A program made the position numbers and the translations under genes. The notes beneath the pieces were generated by a model. It saw only the letters and a program-made list of their open reading frames with translations. It had not been told where the DNA came from and ran no database searches. Positions 36,091-46,583 of a stretch of 64,000 nt of DNA are shown one piece after another (position 1 is the first letter of the stretch; each line of letters starts with the position of its first letter). Source of the stretch: a virus; the IMG/VR virus record IMGVR_UViG_3300030012_005163, positions 1 through 64,000 of that record. One strand, given 5' to 3'.

Positions 36091-38082
36091 ATGGCAGATT
36101 ACGGACCATTAGGTGGAGTTAAAATAGCGGGATTTATTTCGCCAGGTGATACTACAGATACTTATGCAGTTATTGATACCCAGTTAGGTATCGATGGATT
36201 AAGAAACTATAGTGGTAATACTAATGACGTTTTAACTGGTACTACCGTACCTTTACCGAGAAGAAGACCTGGTATGATTGTAGGTACGGAAAGTGGTGCA
36301 AGATATTTTAAATTAAAAGATAAAGACCCTTACGATTTTGACTTAACGGATTGGGATGAAATATTTTTTAGTGGTGGTGGATCAGGTTCCGCAATTACTG
36401 GTGGTACATATAGTGCAGGTACTTTAATATTAACCAATGGGACTGGAGGTACAATAACTGTCACCGGTTTCTCTTCAGATAATATTTACGTAACTGGAGG
36501 TACTGTGAGTACAGATGGTTTATTATTTTTAAATTGGAATAATGGTGGTACTGCTAACCCTATTGATTTATCAGATTTAATTTTTACTGGAAACACATCA
36601 GGAAATTGTATTACACAATTATTTGTTAAAAAGATTAGTGGGTGTACGGGAGAAGATTTACGTATAGGAGTCCAACCAGGACAAGATATATATTTTGATT
36701 CTACAGGTTCTACTACATCACCTTCATTATATATAAATCCAAAAGGACAAATTGGTGTTGGTACTAACACACCTTTTAGTTGGGCAACTAATGACGGTAC
36801 AGGTATAGAAGTTCATAATGATAGTACTAATGATCAGATACCATTAGCATTTACTGAATTAGGAACAAGAAGATTTTTCTTTGAGACTGATTTTGCCAAT
36901 ACTTCTAATCCAGTTCATATAAAAGGTAGTAGTAGTACTAATTTAATGACTTTTAATACTTCATCCTCTTCTGCGAGAGTTGGGGTAGGTACTACTGTAC
37001 CAGATGGAACATTTCAAATTGCTAAAGCAGGTTCAATTGCAAACCAAACTAAATATCCTGATGAGACTAATATAGTAATTAATAATACAAGTAATGGGTT
37101 TAGTGGTTCAACAGGTCCAAATAGTGCTGCATTTAGATTCGATCATGGAAGTGGTGAGGATCCCGGTGGTTTAATTATATCTAAAAGACTACCTGTATGG
37201 GATAGTGGGGAAAAAAGTACTACGTTAGAAATTTGGAATGCTTCAGGAGAAACATTATTTAAACGTATTGAAATTCAACCCGATGGTCATACCACAATAA
37301 GTGGTGATACATTTATTGGGGGTAATTTAAGAATATTAAATATTGGTAGTGGTACACCTATCGGTAATTTAGGTGTGGATATTAATGGTAATGTTGTTAC
37401 AGGTACAACTGGAGGTGGTGCTACGGGCACAACAGTTACCGCCTATACCTATAGTAATAATAATTTCACAATTAAACAAAGTGGTGGAGAACCTGACTTA
37501 ACTGCAAATATTAGTGTGGTAACAGGATTAACTGTTAATGGTGGTTTTAATGTTAATGGAGAATCTATTTTTAGTGGTGATAGTACAGATGTAGTAAAAA
37601 TATTTGGATCAGGCAATACCTCACCTTTATTTAGTGTAGAGGGTTCGGTTGGGGAATTATTCACAATCACAGATAGTTTAACTGGACAATTATTTGGTGT
37701 AAATAACGTATCAGGATTACCTATTTTAGAAGTCTATGACGACAATACTATATTGATGGGTAGTAATTTATCTCCTTCGTTAAACACAACTATTAAACAA
37801 ACTATTAATAGTGGTCAATCTACATTATATAGTATACCTATTAGTGCATATACAGGAGCATTTTTTGAATATACTGCCAAAAACACTGCGGGTGTTAGAG
37901 CAGGATCTATAATGTCAGTATTTAGTGGTAGTTCTGTAGAATTTAATGAAACAACAACAAATGATATTGGTAGTACAACCAATTTAACATTTGATATGAG
38001 TGTGACGGGTACGTCAGCAAATTTATTAGTATCTGCAACTACAAATAATTGGGAAATAAAAACAATAATAAGAAGTATCTAA
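36091..38082 (+). CDS. Putative tail fibre protein (663 aa)
   Basis: GGTY/VTGGT modules, GQIGVGTNTP and RVGVGTTVPD beta-prism-type repeats, FTGNTSGNC motif. Confidence 0.65.
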   Translation: MADYGPLGGVKIAGFISPGDTTDTYAVIDTQLGIDGLRNYSGNTNDVLTGTTVPLPRRRPGMIVGTESGARYFKLKDKDPYDFDLTDWDEIFFSGGGSGSAITGGTYSAGTLILTNGTGGTITVTGFSSDNIYVTGGTVSTDGLLFLNWNNGGTANPIDLSDLIFTGNTSGNCITQLFVKKISGCTGEDLRIGVQPGQDIYFDSTGSTTSPSLYINPKGQIGVGTNTPFSWATNDGTGIEVHNDSTNDQIPLAFTELGTRRFFFETDFANTSNPVHIKGSSSTNLMTFNTSSSSARVGVGTTVPDGTFQIAKAGSIANQTKYPDETNIVINNTSNGFSGSTGPNSAAFRFDHGSGEDPGGLIISKRLPVWDSGEKSTTLEIWNASGETLFKRIEIQPDGHTTISGDTFIGGNLRILNIGSGTPIGNLGVDINGNVVTGTTGGGATGTTVTAYTYSNNNFTIKQSGGEPDLTANISVVTGLTVNGGFNVNGESIFSGDSTDVVKIFGSGNTSPLFSVEGSVGELFTITDSLTGQLFGVNNVSGLPILEVYDDNTILMGSNLSPSLNTTIKQTINSGQSTLYSIPISAYTGAFFEYTAKNTAGVRAGSIMSVFSGSSVEFNETTTNDIGSTTNLTFDMSVTGTSANLLVSATTNNWEIKTIIRSI

Positions 38083-38083
38083 A

Positions 38084-38863
38084 ATGGCGTATTTTTATTC
38101 ACCTAAAATAGTGACTGATAATTTGGTGTTTTATATGGATGCACAAAACCCAAATTCCTACAATATAAATCAAGGTAAAGGATATAATTTAGTTAATCCT
38201 GAATTGAATACTTCTTTTACCCATTTAGACTTTGCCATTGATACGGATGCTGGTCCACCACCACCTGACCCATCTACAGTAACCGAAATTCCTATTGCCA
38301 TAGATGGGTATATAAAATCTTTTGAGTTTGATGGTAGTGATTATTATTTTAAAGGTGTAGGTACACCTATGGAAAATATACCTTCTGAATTAACTTATAC
38401 CGCTTGGATTAATCATGATAGAAGTGGTTCTGAAGGTTCTACATTATTTTTACCAGGTGCTGGAGGAAATGTAAATAGAACATGGCTATATATTTATAGC
38501 GATAATATTAATATGACTCTTAGTGATGGTACAGGACAGGCAGGATCAACATATACGGCATATACTTCCACTAACTATCCTAACCCTTTTAATTATGTAG
38601 TGACTACTGCTTCCGATAATGGGGATGGCTCTAGTACTATTAAAATATATGTTAATGGGAAAATAGTAAAAACAGAAACAAATGTGGGAGTAGTCTCAGG
38701 TAGGCCATCTGGACCAAACGAACCAGATGTTGCTAGAGGAGCTAGTTCTGGTGGGCAAAGATTTAGTGGGAAAATTGCATCAACCTCAATTTATACTAAA
38801 TGTCTTAGTGCAGATGAAGTCAAAAGAAACTTCGAAGCAATGAGAGGTAGATTTGGTCTTTAG
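38084..38863 (+). CDS. LamG/concanavalin A-like lectin-fold protein
   Basis: KIVTDNLVFYMDA..PNSY, FEFDGSD, TYTAWIN, KIYVNG and FSGKIASTSIYTKCLSADEVKRNF. Confidence 0.78.
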   Translation: MAYFYSPKIVTDNLVFYMDAQNPNSYNINQGKGYNLVNPELNTSFTHLDFAIDTDAGPPPPDPSTVTEIPIAIDGYIKSFEFDGSDYYFKGVGTPMENIPSELTYTAWINHDRSGSEGSTLFLPGAGGNVNRTWLYIYSDNINMTLSDGTGQAGSTYTAYTSTNYPNPFNYVVTTASDNGDGSSTIKIYVNGKIVKTETNVGVVSGRPSGPNEPDVARGASSGGQRFSGKIASTSIYTKCLSADEVKRNFEAMRGRFGL

Positions 38864-38879
38864 TTTTATTAAGTTCTAT

Positions 38880-38887
38880 ATATTTAT
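38880..38887 (+). promoter_or_regulatory. Candidate late promoter ATATTTAT (giant fibre)
   Basis: 46 nt before ATG 38934. Confidence 0.55.
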
Positions 38888-38933
38888 ATATAAATAATAA
38901 CATTTAATAACTGGAAAGGGAAAGTATTAAATA

Positions 38934-41900
38934 ATGGCAAACGAATTTATAATAAAAAACGGGTTTGTCTCTAAGGGTAACTCCATTGTTGAGGGTATTC
39001 TTTCAGGACAAACATTTAATCTTATTAACACACCTGTTAATAATAACTCAGCAACAGAAATTTTAGTAAGAAATTCTACCACAGGTGTAGTAGAATATAG
39101 AGATTCTTCTACTTTAAGTGGTGGTGGTGGTCAAACCATTACAGGATATACATACGATGAAACTACTAATAAATTTAGTATAGATTTAAGTGGTGGTACT
39201 TCTTTTGATACCACTATTAGTGTAGTAAGTGGTTTAACTGTAACTAATGATTTAATAGTTAGTGGTAATACAGGAATAGGAACTGATACACCAACAGAAA
39301 AGTTACATATAAAATCCACTACAAATGCTAAAATTAAAATAGAGGCAGACATAAATGACGTAGACGATACCGATACTGCGGATATTTTACTATCACAAGA
39401 TGGAGGTATATCAACCTCTAATATTGGTATGTCACCTGATTCGATAAACGATTTAGTTATAGGGGTTAACTCAACTACTAATCCCAGTATTAAGTTTGCG
39501 ACAAGAAATGATGGCACTACTTTTAGTACTACTGCAGATACCAAAATGACTTTAAGTAATGATGGTAAATTAGGTATTGGGACAATTCCAACAGAAAAAC
39601 TTGACGTTGATGGCAAGGTTAGAATTAGAGATGGTGCAGTTAATGGGTATGTGTTAACTTCTGATGCCAATGGTGTAGGTACATGGTTACCAACTAGTGG
39701 TACAAATACTTTTGTAACAGGTGCAACATTAAATGGTACTGATTTAGAAATTGATAGGAATGATGGACAATCTCAAATTACTGTAGATTTAAGTTCATTA
39801 GCGGTAGATAATAATGTTTTTGTTGATAGTGGAAATGCAAATGCAGCCACACGACAATTAACATTCACAAATACTACTGGTGGTACATTTAATGTCACCA
39901 ATGCTGCAGCATTATTTAGTGACAACGATATTAATGTTACAGGTGGTACATACAGTCCTAATACAGGATGTGTTACATTTAAGACAAACAGTGGAGATAC
40001 GTTTGACATATGTGGGTTTGTTACAGGATTAACTAATACTTTTGTATCTGGTGGTACATATGATAGTAGTACATCAGAATTAACATTTACAAATACAACG
40101 GGTGGAACTTTTAATGTTGATTTATCATCATTAAGTGGTGGTACACTTTGGCAAACTGAAAATGGTGGTTTAAAAAGTTACACACCAACTACAGGCTCAA
40201 TTAACGGAACTTCAACGGGATCTTTAATTGCTGGTGGATTTAGTACTAATGAAATTTTTTCATCACCGGGTTCTACTATATTAAATGGTAGTAGTAATGT
40301 AATTAGTGGTTCGACAACTTCGGCACTATTATCTACTCAAAACAGTTCGATTAAAAGTAATCCTTCTGCAGTTTCAGATATTTCACATGCAACAATTGTT
40401 GGTGGATTGAGCAATACTATAGAAGACACTACTGCACAACCATCAGAAAGAGCAACTATAGTAGGTGGTTCTTCTAATATTATTAATGGTGGTTTAGATA
40501 GTGCAATTATAGGTGGATCCGACAATACTATAGTAGAAGTTGATTCAGGTATATATACATCAACACAATCAGTTATTTCAGGAGGTAGTAGTTCTGCTAT
40601 AATAGGAGGTAGGAATCATCTATTATCTGGAAATAATTCAATAATTTTAGGTGGTAATGGTATTACTGGTACTAGTGATAACACTGTCTATGTACCTAAT
40701 TTAAACATTGGTACTGTTGGTGGTGGTGCACCTTTAATAAATTTAGGTTTAGATTCCAATGGTAATATTGTTACCGGATCAACTAGTGGCGGTGGTACAA
40801 TGTCATTCACAGTAGAGGGTGATAATGGTACACCATTCACTATAAGTTCTGGAGATACACTAGAATTTGTAGGTTTTCCTGGTATAGATGTAGGAGTGGC
40901 GGATCCTGAAGTTCGAATCGCATTAGACTACTCAGGTGCCGACTCATTTATTTTAGCAGCAACTAACGGAACAGGTATAACAGTAGATGGTGCAAATGAT
41001 AAATTAGTTATATATGATAATGATACGGCAACAGTAAAATATATTAATGCTAACCAACTTCCTTCTAGTGGTGCGGCTAGTACCCCAATAACCGGATATT
41101 CTTATAATCCCACTAGTAATACTTTTACTATCGGTTTAAGTGGTGGAACTTCTTTTGATTCACAAATTTTAGAAGTTAGTGGTATTACTGTTAATGGTGA
41201 TATAACTCTTTCTCAAATACCAACATTAAACAATAGTGAAACTGCAATATTAGTAAGAAATAATAGTACTGGTGAAGTGGAATATAGAGAAGCATCAACC
41301 TTAACCGGAAGTACAGATACTAATACATTTGTAACGGGTGGAACACTTTCCACTGATTCATTATTAACATTAGGTTATAATAACGGTGGATTTGCTAGTT
41401 CTATTGATTTAAGTACTTTAATGGATGGTGGTGACACTATTACTGGTTTTACGTATGATAAAACCAACAATACTTTTAGTATTGGGGTAAGTGGTAAAAC
41501 TTCTTTTGATTCACAAATTTTAAAAGTTAGTGGTATTACTGTTGAAAATTCTATGGAATTAGGCGAATATATTAGGCATAGTGGTGATACTAACACTTAT
41601 TTTGGATTTAACGGAACTGATAGTATTGTCGCCTTTACCAATGCAAGTAGAAAATTAAGAATTGGTACAAATGCAGTTGATTTAGAATATAATGGTAGTA
41701 CAAAACTATCCACTATTTCAGATGGTGTATTTGTGGATGGTAATTTAGGGGTTGGTACAGATAACCCATTAGAAAATTTAGATGTAAGAGGAGATGTTCT
41801 TATATCTAACCCATCTAATAATAGTGTATTAACATTAAGTGGTACTGCCTTAAATGACTCAATTATTGATTTTGATAATAATGGTGTATCAACACCTTTT

Positions 41901-44900
41901 GCTAGAATAGAAGGTAGTACTTTTGGTGGGGGTGTATCAGGTAATTTACAATTTTATACTTATCCTACAGGTGGACCACTAAGTGAAGTAATGGTATTAA
42001 CAAATAACCAAAGGGTTGGTATTGGGGATATTACAAATAATGATGTAGATAAAACTCTACATGTTATGGGAGACTTCAAAATGGAAGAAACTGGAGCAAT
42101 ATTTGAGTCAGACCTTAACTTAAATAGCGGTGCGAATGTTAAATTAAGTGCGATTACAACAGATCAACTTGCTAGAATAGCAGTTGCCACACCAGGAAAT
42201 GGTGGTATTACATTTGGAGTTAGAGGTAGTACAGAGACTAGTTTTCCGGGATATGGTGCAAAAGGTGACGGTTATCTTTATTCTTCCATTCATCAAAACG
42301 GTTTAAATATAATATCTGCACCTGGTACAGATACAGAAGATTACATTAGATTTTTCGCTGGTAACGATGCGGATGGAAATACTGCAAATATGTTTATTGC
42401 GGGTACGGGTGATACTAAAGGTTATGTAGGCATAAATACTGAAACACCAACGGCACAATTGTTTATTCAAGGAGATAGTAGTACTAGTACTGGACCAACT
42501 GATCCAGATAATTTTTCTTTACAAATACAGAATAGTCTTAATCAAAATATATTATTAGTTAAAAATGGTAATAATGGAGTTGCAGGTTCTACCGCAGGTA
42601 GAGTATCTATTAATGGTAATTTTGGACCTTCTACTCCATTAGTAGACGATGACGCAGTATTTAGTGTTTTAGGTGATACTAGCAGTTTATCTACTGCATT
42701 AGGATCAGTGATGGCAATAAAAGATGGACAAACTAACACCTTACATAGTTTTTATAATAATGCTGCAACTTCTTTAGCAAAAGGAGCTACACAATACGGT
42801 AAAGTAGGTGTGGGTACAACTACTGCAGCTAGTATAGAGGCTAAATTACATGTAAAGGTTGGTGATGAATGGAAAGATACTCATGGTAATGATTTTACAC
42901 TTAGGGTAGATGGGTTACAAAATGTTGCACCTTATACGGCAACAACTGATAATATTTTAACTTTAGATAATTTTGGTAACTTAAATATTAAGAAAAGAAC
43001 CACTACTGAAAACTTTACTATGACTAGTGGTGCGACTAATGGATACGTATTAACATGTGATGCAAATGGCGTAGGAAGTTGGCAACCTTCCTCTGGTGGA
43101 ACCGGAACAGTTTTTTGGCAAACTGAAAATGGTGGTTTAAAAAGTATTAATCAAAATGCGGGAACAATTAGTGGAACATCCACAGGTGCTATATTAGTAG
43201 GTGGTTATTTCACTACTAATAATATTACGGATGGTAGAGCTTCTACAATAATAAATGGGGGATCTAATACAATAAGTGGTGCATCTGCATCCGCAATTAT
43301 TTCAACAACTAATTCAAGTATTATAGGAAATGGGTCAACTATTCAGTATAGTGTGATAGTTGGGGGACAAAGGAACACAATTAATGGTTCTTCCGATAAC
43401 GCATTAATAGGTGGTGGTACTAACAACGAAATAATCGATGGTCCAACCGCTTCAATTATTGGTGGTACTAATAACACTATAGACGACTGTAGGGGTGGTA
43501 TTTATACTTCGGAAGATTCTGAATTAAATAAGTCTTTTGAATCAGTTATTATTGGCGGTAGTGATCACATTATGGATGCATCTTCACGCTCAGTGATAGT
43601 AGGGGGTATAAATAACCTTATGGAAAGCGTAACTAGATCAGTTATTTTAGGTGGACAAAATATTACTGGAGACACTTCTGATACTGTTTACGTACCAAAT
43701 TTAAATATTAATTCTATAGGAAATGGTACACCTATCGGTAATTTAGGATTTGATTCTAGTGGTAATGTGGTTACGGGTACTACAGGTAGTGCAACATCAT
43801 TTTGGGAAGAAGCCGGATTAAGTAATGAAGTATTAATTGATGAAAAAGGTAGTAGTAGTTATACAGTAAATGGTGAATCTAATGGAGCAATTATTGCAGC
43901 AGGAACAGGACATACAATTTCCAATAGCAAATACGCTTCATTCTTAGGGGGTGTTGGCAATGTTACTAGTAATAGTACTTCTACTTTAGGTGCGGATACA
44001 CAATTAGGTGGTTTTGGTAATACTATATCTGGAAGAACCGCATTAAGTTTTAATAATGTAATGTTAGGTGGTTCATCTAACATTATTTTCTCTTCCGCTA
44101 GAGGTGCTATGTTGAGTACTTCAGATTCTAGAATGAGTGCTTGTACGGATAGTTTTATTTTAGGTGGTAGTAATCATAAAAATGGTAGTGGTAATAATGG
44201 TTTAGCACAAAATGATAACTCAGGTATTGTTGGGGGTACTAATAATACTTTTGATATTGGTGTTGATAGATCAGTAATAATTGGTGGTACAGGACTTAAT
44301 GCTACTACTAATGATACAGTTTATGTACCTAATTTAAATATTAATTCTATAGGAAATGGTACACCTATCGGTAATTTAGGGTTCGATAGTAACGGTAACG
44401 TAGTTACTGGAACAACAGGAGTAGGATCTAGCTTTAGTTGGTCTGATCCCTTAGTTAGTAGTGGTAATACATCTACAGATTGTTTAACAAATCTATATGT
44501 AGCCAACTTACGTTCTTGTTCACCACTTTATATTAATCCCGGTGATGAAGGTGATGTATATTTTGGTAGTAATAGTGGTGTTACAATACAAACTTCTTTT
44601 GGTAAAATGGGTATTGGTACACAAACACCAATATCAAAATTACATATAAATAATGGTAACGTATTAATTAGTAATGAAGATGCAATACTCGCAATTAGTT
44701 CGACTACTGTAGGTGGAAGTGGGGAATATGAAAATAGAATAAACTTTAAAAGTGCAGGGTCTAATCAATCTGACAAAATAGATGCTCAGTTAAGAACAGA
44801 AAGTAGTGGTACTAGGTCTAATTTATTCTTTGGTACTATCGCTTCCAATACATTAAGTGATAAAATGATATTAACGGGTAGAGGAAGATTAGGACTAGGT

Positions 44901-46583
44901 ACGATGAGTCCAGATAGTACTCTTCATATAAGTGGTAGTAATATACAACAATTACATATTGAATCTTCCAATAGTAATGCAGTATTAAAATTAAAATCTG
45001 ATGATGGAAACAATGCGTATATAGATTTTGATGAGACTAGTGGTAATAGATGGTTAATGGGTTCTTATAGTGTAAACGACAAATTCGTTTGGGCAACTGG
45101 AAACACTTTTAGTACTGGTGGATTAATGGCATTAACTCAAAATGGTGATTTAGGAGTTGGTAATATTTCACCTTCATCTAGATTACATGTTAATATTAGT
45201 TCATTACCTTCTTTACCCACTTTAGGTAATGACAATGTGGCGTTATTCGAATCGGATAACGAAACTGAAGTCGCCATAGTTGGTACTGAAGATAGGAATG
45301 TTACTCTTAAATTTGGTGATGAAAACTCACTAGATGGTATTATGAGATATGACAATCTTAATAAAGAATTTGGATTTCAAACAGACGGTATTAATGTTTT
45401 AGAATTAACAACTGAAAATGTTGTTAATGAGAAAGTAGTACAACTTTCGGAATTTGGTGTGGGTGATCCTCTATATACTTTACATGTATCACGATCAGGT
45501 AGTACAGGTAATTACAAATATAATATAATATCTGGTAATACCGGTTTAAGTTCGGATAGTTGTTTAGATGAATTTTATGTTACTAACTTAGAGTCTTGTT
45601 CACCATTATATATTAATAGTCAAAATCAAGGTGATGTTTACTTTGGTGATCAAGGTGGCGGTATACCAACAGTTACTTTAGATATAACTACTGTGGGTGA
45701 ACCCGCGATGTATTTCGGCCAAGATAGTTTTGTAAAGTATAATGAAACTGATAAAAAGTTAATTATTGGTGAAGATGAAACAGATGGTATAGTTGTAGTA
45801 AAAGCTTCCGGTACGGAGACTTTAGAAGTATCACCTACCAAAACTAAACTATTAGAAGGTGATTTAGAAGCGGAAGAAGGTAATATAATAATTAAATCAG
45901 GTAATAGTAAATCATTAATTGTTGAAGATATTCCTGATGTAGGAGGTGCAAATTTAGGTACTAATGTTGATGGTAAATTAATAGATATACCATCCGATAG
46001 TAGAGTGAAACAAAATATCTTAGAGTTAGGTGACGTAGTTGACCCACTAAATTTTATACAACAAGTAAGTGCCTATCAATTTGAATTTAAACCAGAGACT
46101 AGAATTAGTTCTGTAGGTAAAAAACATTATGGATTTAAAGTGGATGATTTTAGAGATAATTTAATATCTGCCGGTAAACTAACTGATTTAACTCCTGATG
46201 AATTAGTAATTAATAACATTGCAAAAACATTAGTTAAAAGATGTAAATCAAGCTTTACGGTAGGTAACAGTCAACTTAATGAAGTAGATGCTATGAATTA
46301 TCAAGATTTAATTCCTTTTATGATTGAGGGTATTAAACAATTAGATACAAACATAAATAATATTAGTAGTGGTGGAAGTAATAAATTTGTTACTACACAA
46401 ACATTGTCATCAGGACAAAATATTATAAATCATAATTTAAATGATGAAAATGTTATAGTTCAAGTTATAGAAGTTGGAACAGGACAATTAATAATCCCAA
46501 ATAAAGTTTCTAATTATCTACCAAATAGCGTAGCAATTGACGTTGAAACAGGTGGGGAACATAAAATTATAATTATTGCATAA
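38934..46583 (+). CDS. Long tail fibre (2549 aa) with C-terminal peptidase S74 intramolecular chaperone
   Basis: Repeated GIGTxxPxxKLH modules and GG-x2-N-x-I repeats; SDSRVKQNI...HYGF...NYQDLIPFMIEGIKQL starts at 45993. Confidence 0.82.
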   Translation: MANEFIIKNGFVSKGNSIVEGILSGQTFNLINTPVNNNSATEILVRNSTTGVVEYRDSSTLSGGGGQTITGYTYDETTNKFSIDLSGGTSFDTTISVVSGLTVTNDLIVSGNTGIGTDTPTEKLHIKSTTNAKIKIEADINDVDDTDTADILLSQDGGISTSNIGMSPDSINDLVIGVNSTTNPSIKFATRNDGTTFSTTADTKMTLSNDGKLGIGTIPTEKLDVDGKVRIRDGAVNGYVLTSDANGVGTWLPTSGTNTFVTGATLNGTDLEIDRNDGQSQITVDLSSLAVDNNVFVDSGNANAATRQLTFTNTTGGTFNVTNAAALFSDNDINVTGGTYSPNTGCVTFKTNSGDTFDICGFVTGLTNTFVSGGTYDSSTSELTFTNTTGGTFNVDLSSLSGGTLWQTENGGLKSYTPTTGSINGTSTGSLIAGGFSTNEIFSSPGSTILNGSSNVISGSTTSALLSTQNSSIKSNPSAVSDISHATIVGGLSNTIEDTTAQPSERATIVGGSSNIINGGLDSAIIGGSDNTIVEVDSGIYTSTQSVISGGSSSAIIGGRNHLLSGNNSIILGGNGITGTSDNTVYVPNLNIGTVGGGAPLINLGLDSNGNIVTGSTSGGGTMSFTVEGDNGTPFTISSGDTLEFVGFPGIDVGVADPEVRIALDYSGADSFILAATNGTGITVDGANDKLVIYDNDTATVKYINANQLPSSGAASTPITGYSYNPTSNTFTIGLSGGTSFDSQILEVSGITVNGDITLSQIPTLNNSETAILVRNNSTGEVEYREASTLTGSTDTNTFVTGGTLSTDSLLTLGYNNGGFASSIDLSTLMDGGDTITGFTYDKTNNTFSIGVSGKTSFDSQILKVSGITVENSMELGEYIRHSGDTNTYFGFNGTDSIVAFTNASRKLRIGTNAVDLEYNGSTKLSTISDGVFVDGNLGVGTDNPLENLDVRGDVLISNPSNNSVLTLSGTALNDSIIDFDNNGVSTPFARIEGSTFGGGVSGNLQFYTYPTGGPLSEVMVLTNNQRVGIGDITNNDVDKTLHVMGDFKMEETGAIFESDLNLNSGANVKLSAITTDQLARIAVATPGNGGITFGVRGSTETSFPGYGAKGDGYLYSSIHQNGLNIISAPGTDTEDYIRFFAGNDADGNTANMFIAGTGDTKGYVGINTETPTAQLFIQGDSSTSTGPTDPDNFSLQIQNSLNQNILLVKNGNNGVAGSTAGRVSINGNFGPSTPLVDDDAVFSVLGDTSSLSTALGSVMAIKDGQTNTLHSFYNNAATSLAKGATQYGKVGVGTTTAASIEAKLHVKVGDEWKDTHGNDFTLRVDGLQNVAPYTATTDNILTLDNFGNLNIKKRTTTENFTMTSGATNGYVLTCDANGVGSWQPSSGGTGTVFWQTENGGLKSINQNAGTISGTSTGAILVGGYFTTNNITDGRASTIINGGSNTISGASASAIISTTNSSIIGNGSTIQYSVIVGGQRNTINGSSDNALIGGGTNNEIIDGPTASIIGGTNNTIDDCRGGIYTSEDSELNKSFESVIIGGSDHIMDASSRSVIVGGINNLMESVTRSVILGGQNITGDTSDTVYVPNLNINSIGNGTPIGNLGFDSSGNVVTGTTGSATSFWEEAGLSNEVLIDEKGSSSYTVNGESNGAIIAAGTGHTISNSKYASFLGGVGNVTSNSTSTLGADTQLGGFGNTISGRTALSFNNVMLGGSSNIIFSSARGAMLSTSDSRMSACTDSFILGGSNHKNGSGNNGLAQNDNSGIVGGTNNTFDIGVDRSVIIGGTGLNATTNDTVYVPNLNINSIGNGTPIGNLGFDSNGNVVTGTTGVGSSFSWSDPLVSSGNTSTDCLTNLYVANLRSCSPLYINPGDEGDVYFGSNSGVTIQTSFGKMGIGTQTPISKLHINNGNVLISNEDAILAISSTTVGGSGEYENRINFKSAGSNQSDKIDAQLRTESSGTRSNLFFGTIASNTLSDKMILTGRGRLGLGTMSPDSTLHISGSNIQQLHIESSNSNAVLKLKSDDGNNAYIDFDETSGNRWLMGSYSVNDKFVWATGNTFSTGGLMALTQNGDLGVGNISPSSRLHVNISSLPSLPTLGNDNVALFESDNETEVAIVGTEDRNVTLKFGDENSLDGIMRYDNLNKEFGFQTDGINVLELTTENVVNEKVVQLSEFGVGDPLYTLHVSRSGSTGNYKYNIISGNTGLSSDSCLDEFYVTNLESCSPLYINSQNQGDVYFGDQGGGIPTVTLDITTVGEPAMYFGQDSFVKYNETDKKLIIGEDETDGIVVVKASGTETLEVSPTKTKLLEGDLEAEEGNIIIKSGNSKSLIVEDIPDVGGANLGTNVDGKLIDIPSDSRVKQNILELGDVVDPLNFIQQVSAYQFEFKPETRISSVGKKHYGFKVDDFRDNLISAGKLTDLTPDELVINNIAKTLVKRCKSSFTVGNSQLNEVDAMNYQDLIPFMIEGIKQLDTNINNISSGGSNKFVTTQTLSSGQNIINHNLNDENVIVQVIEVGTGQLIIPNKVSNYLPNSVAIDVETGGEHKIIIIA

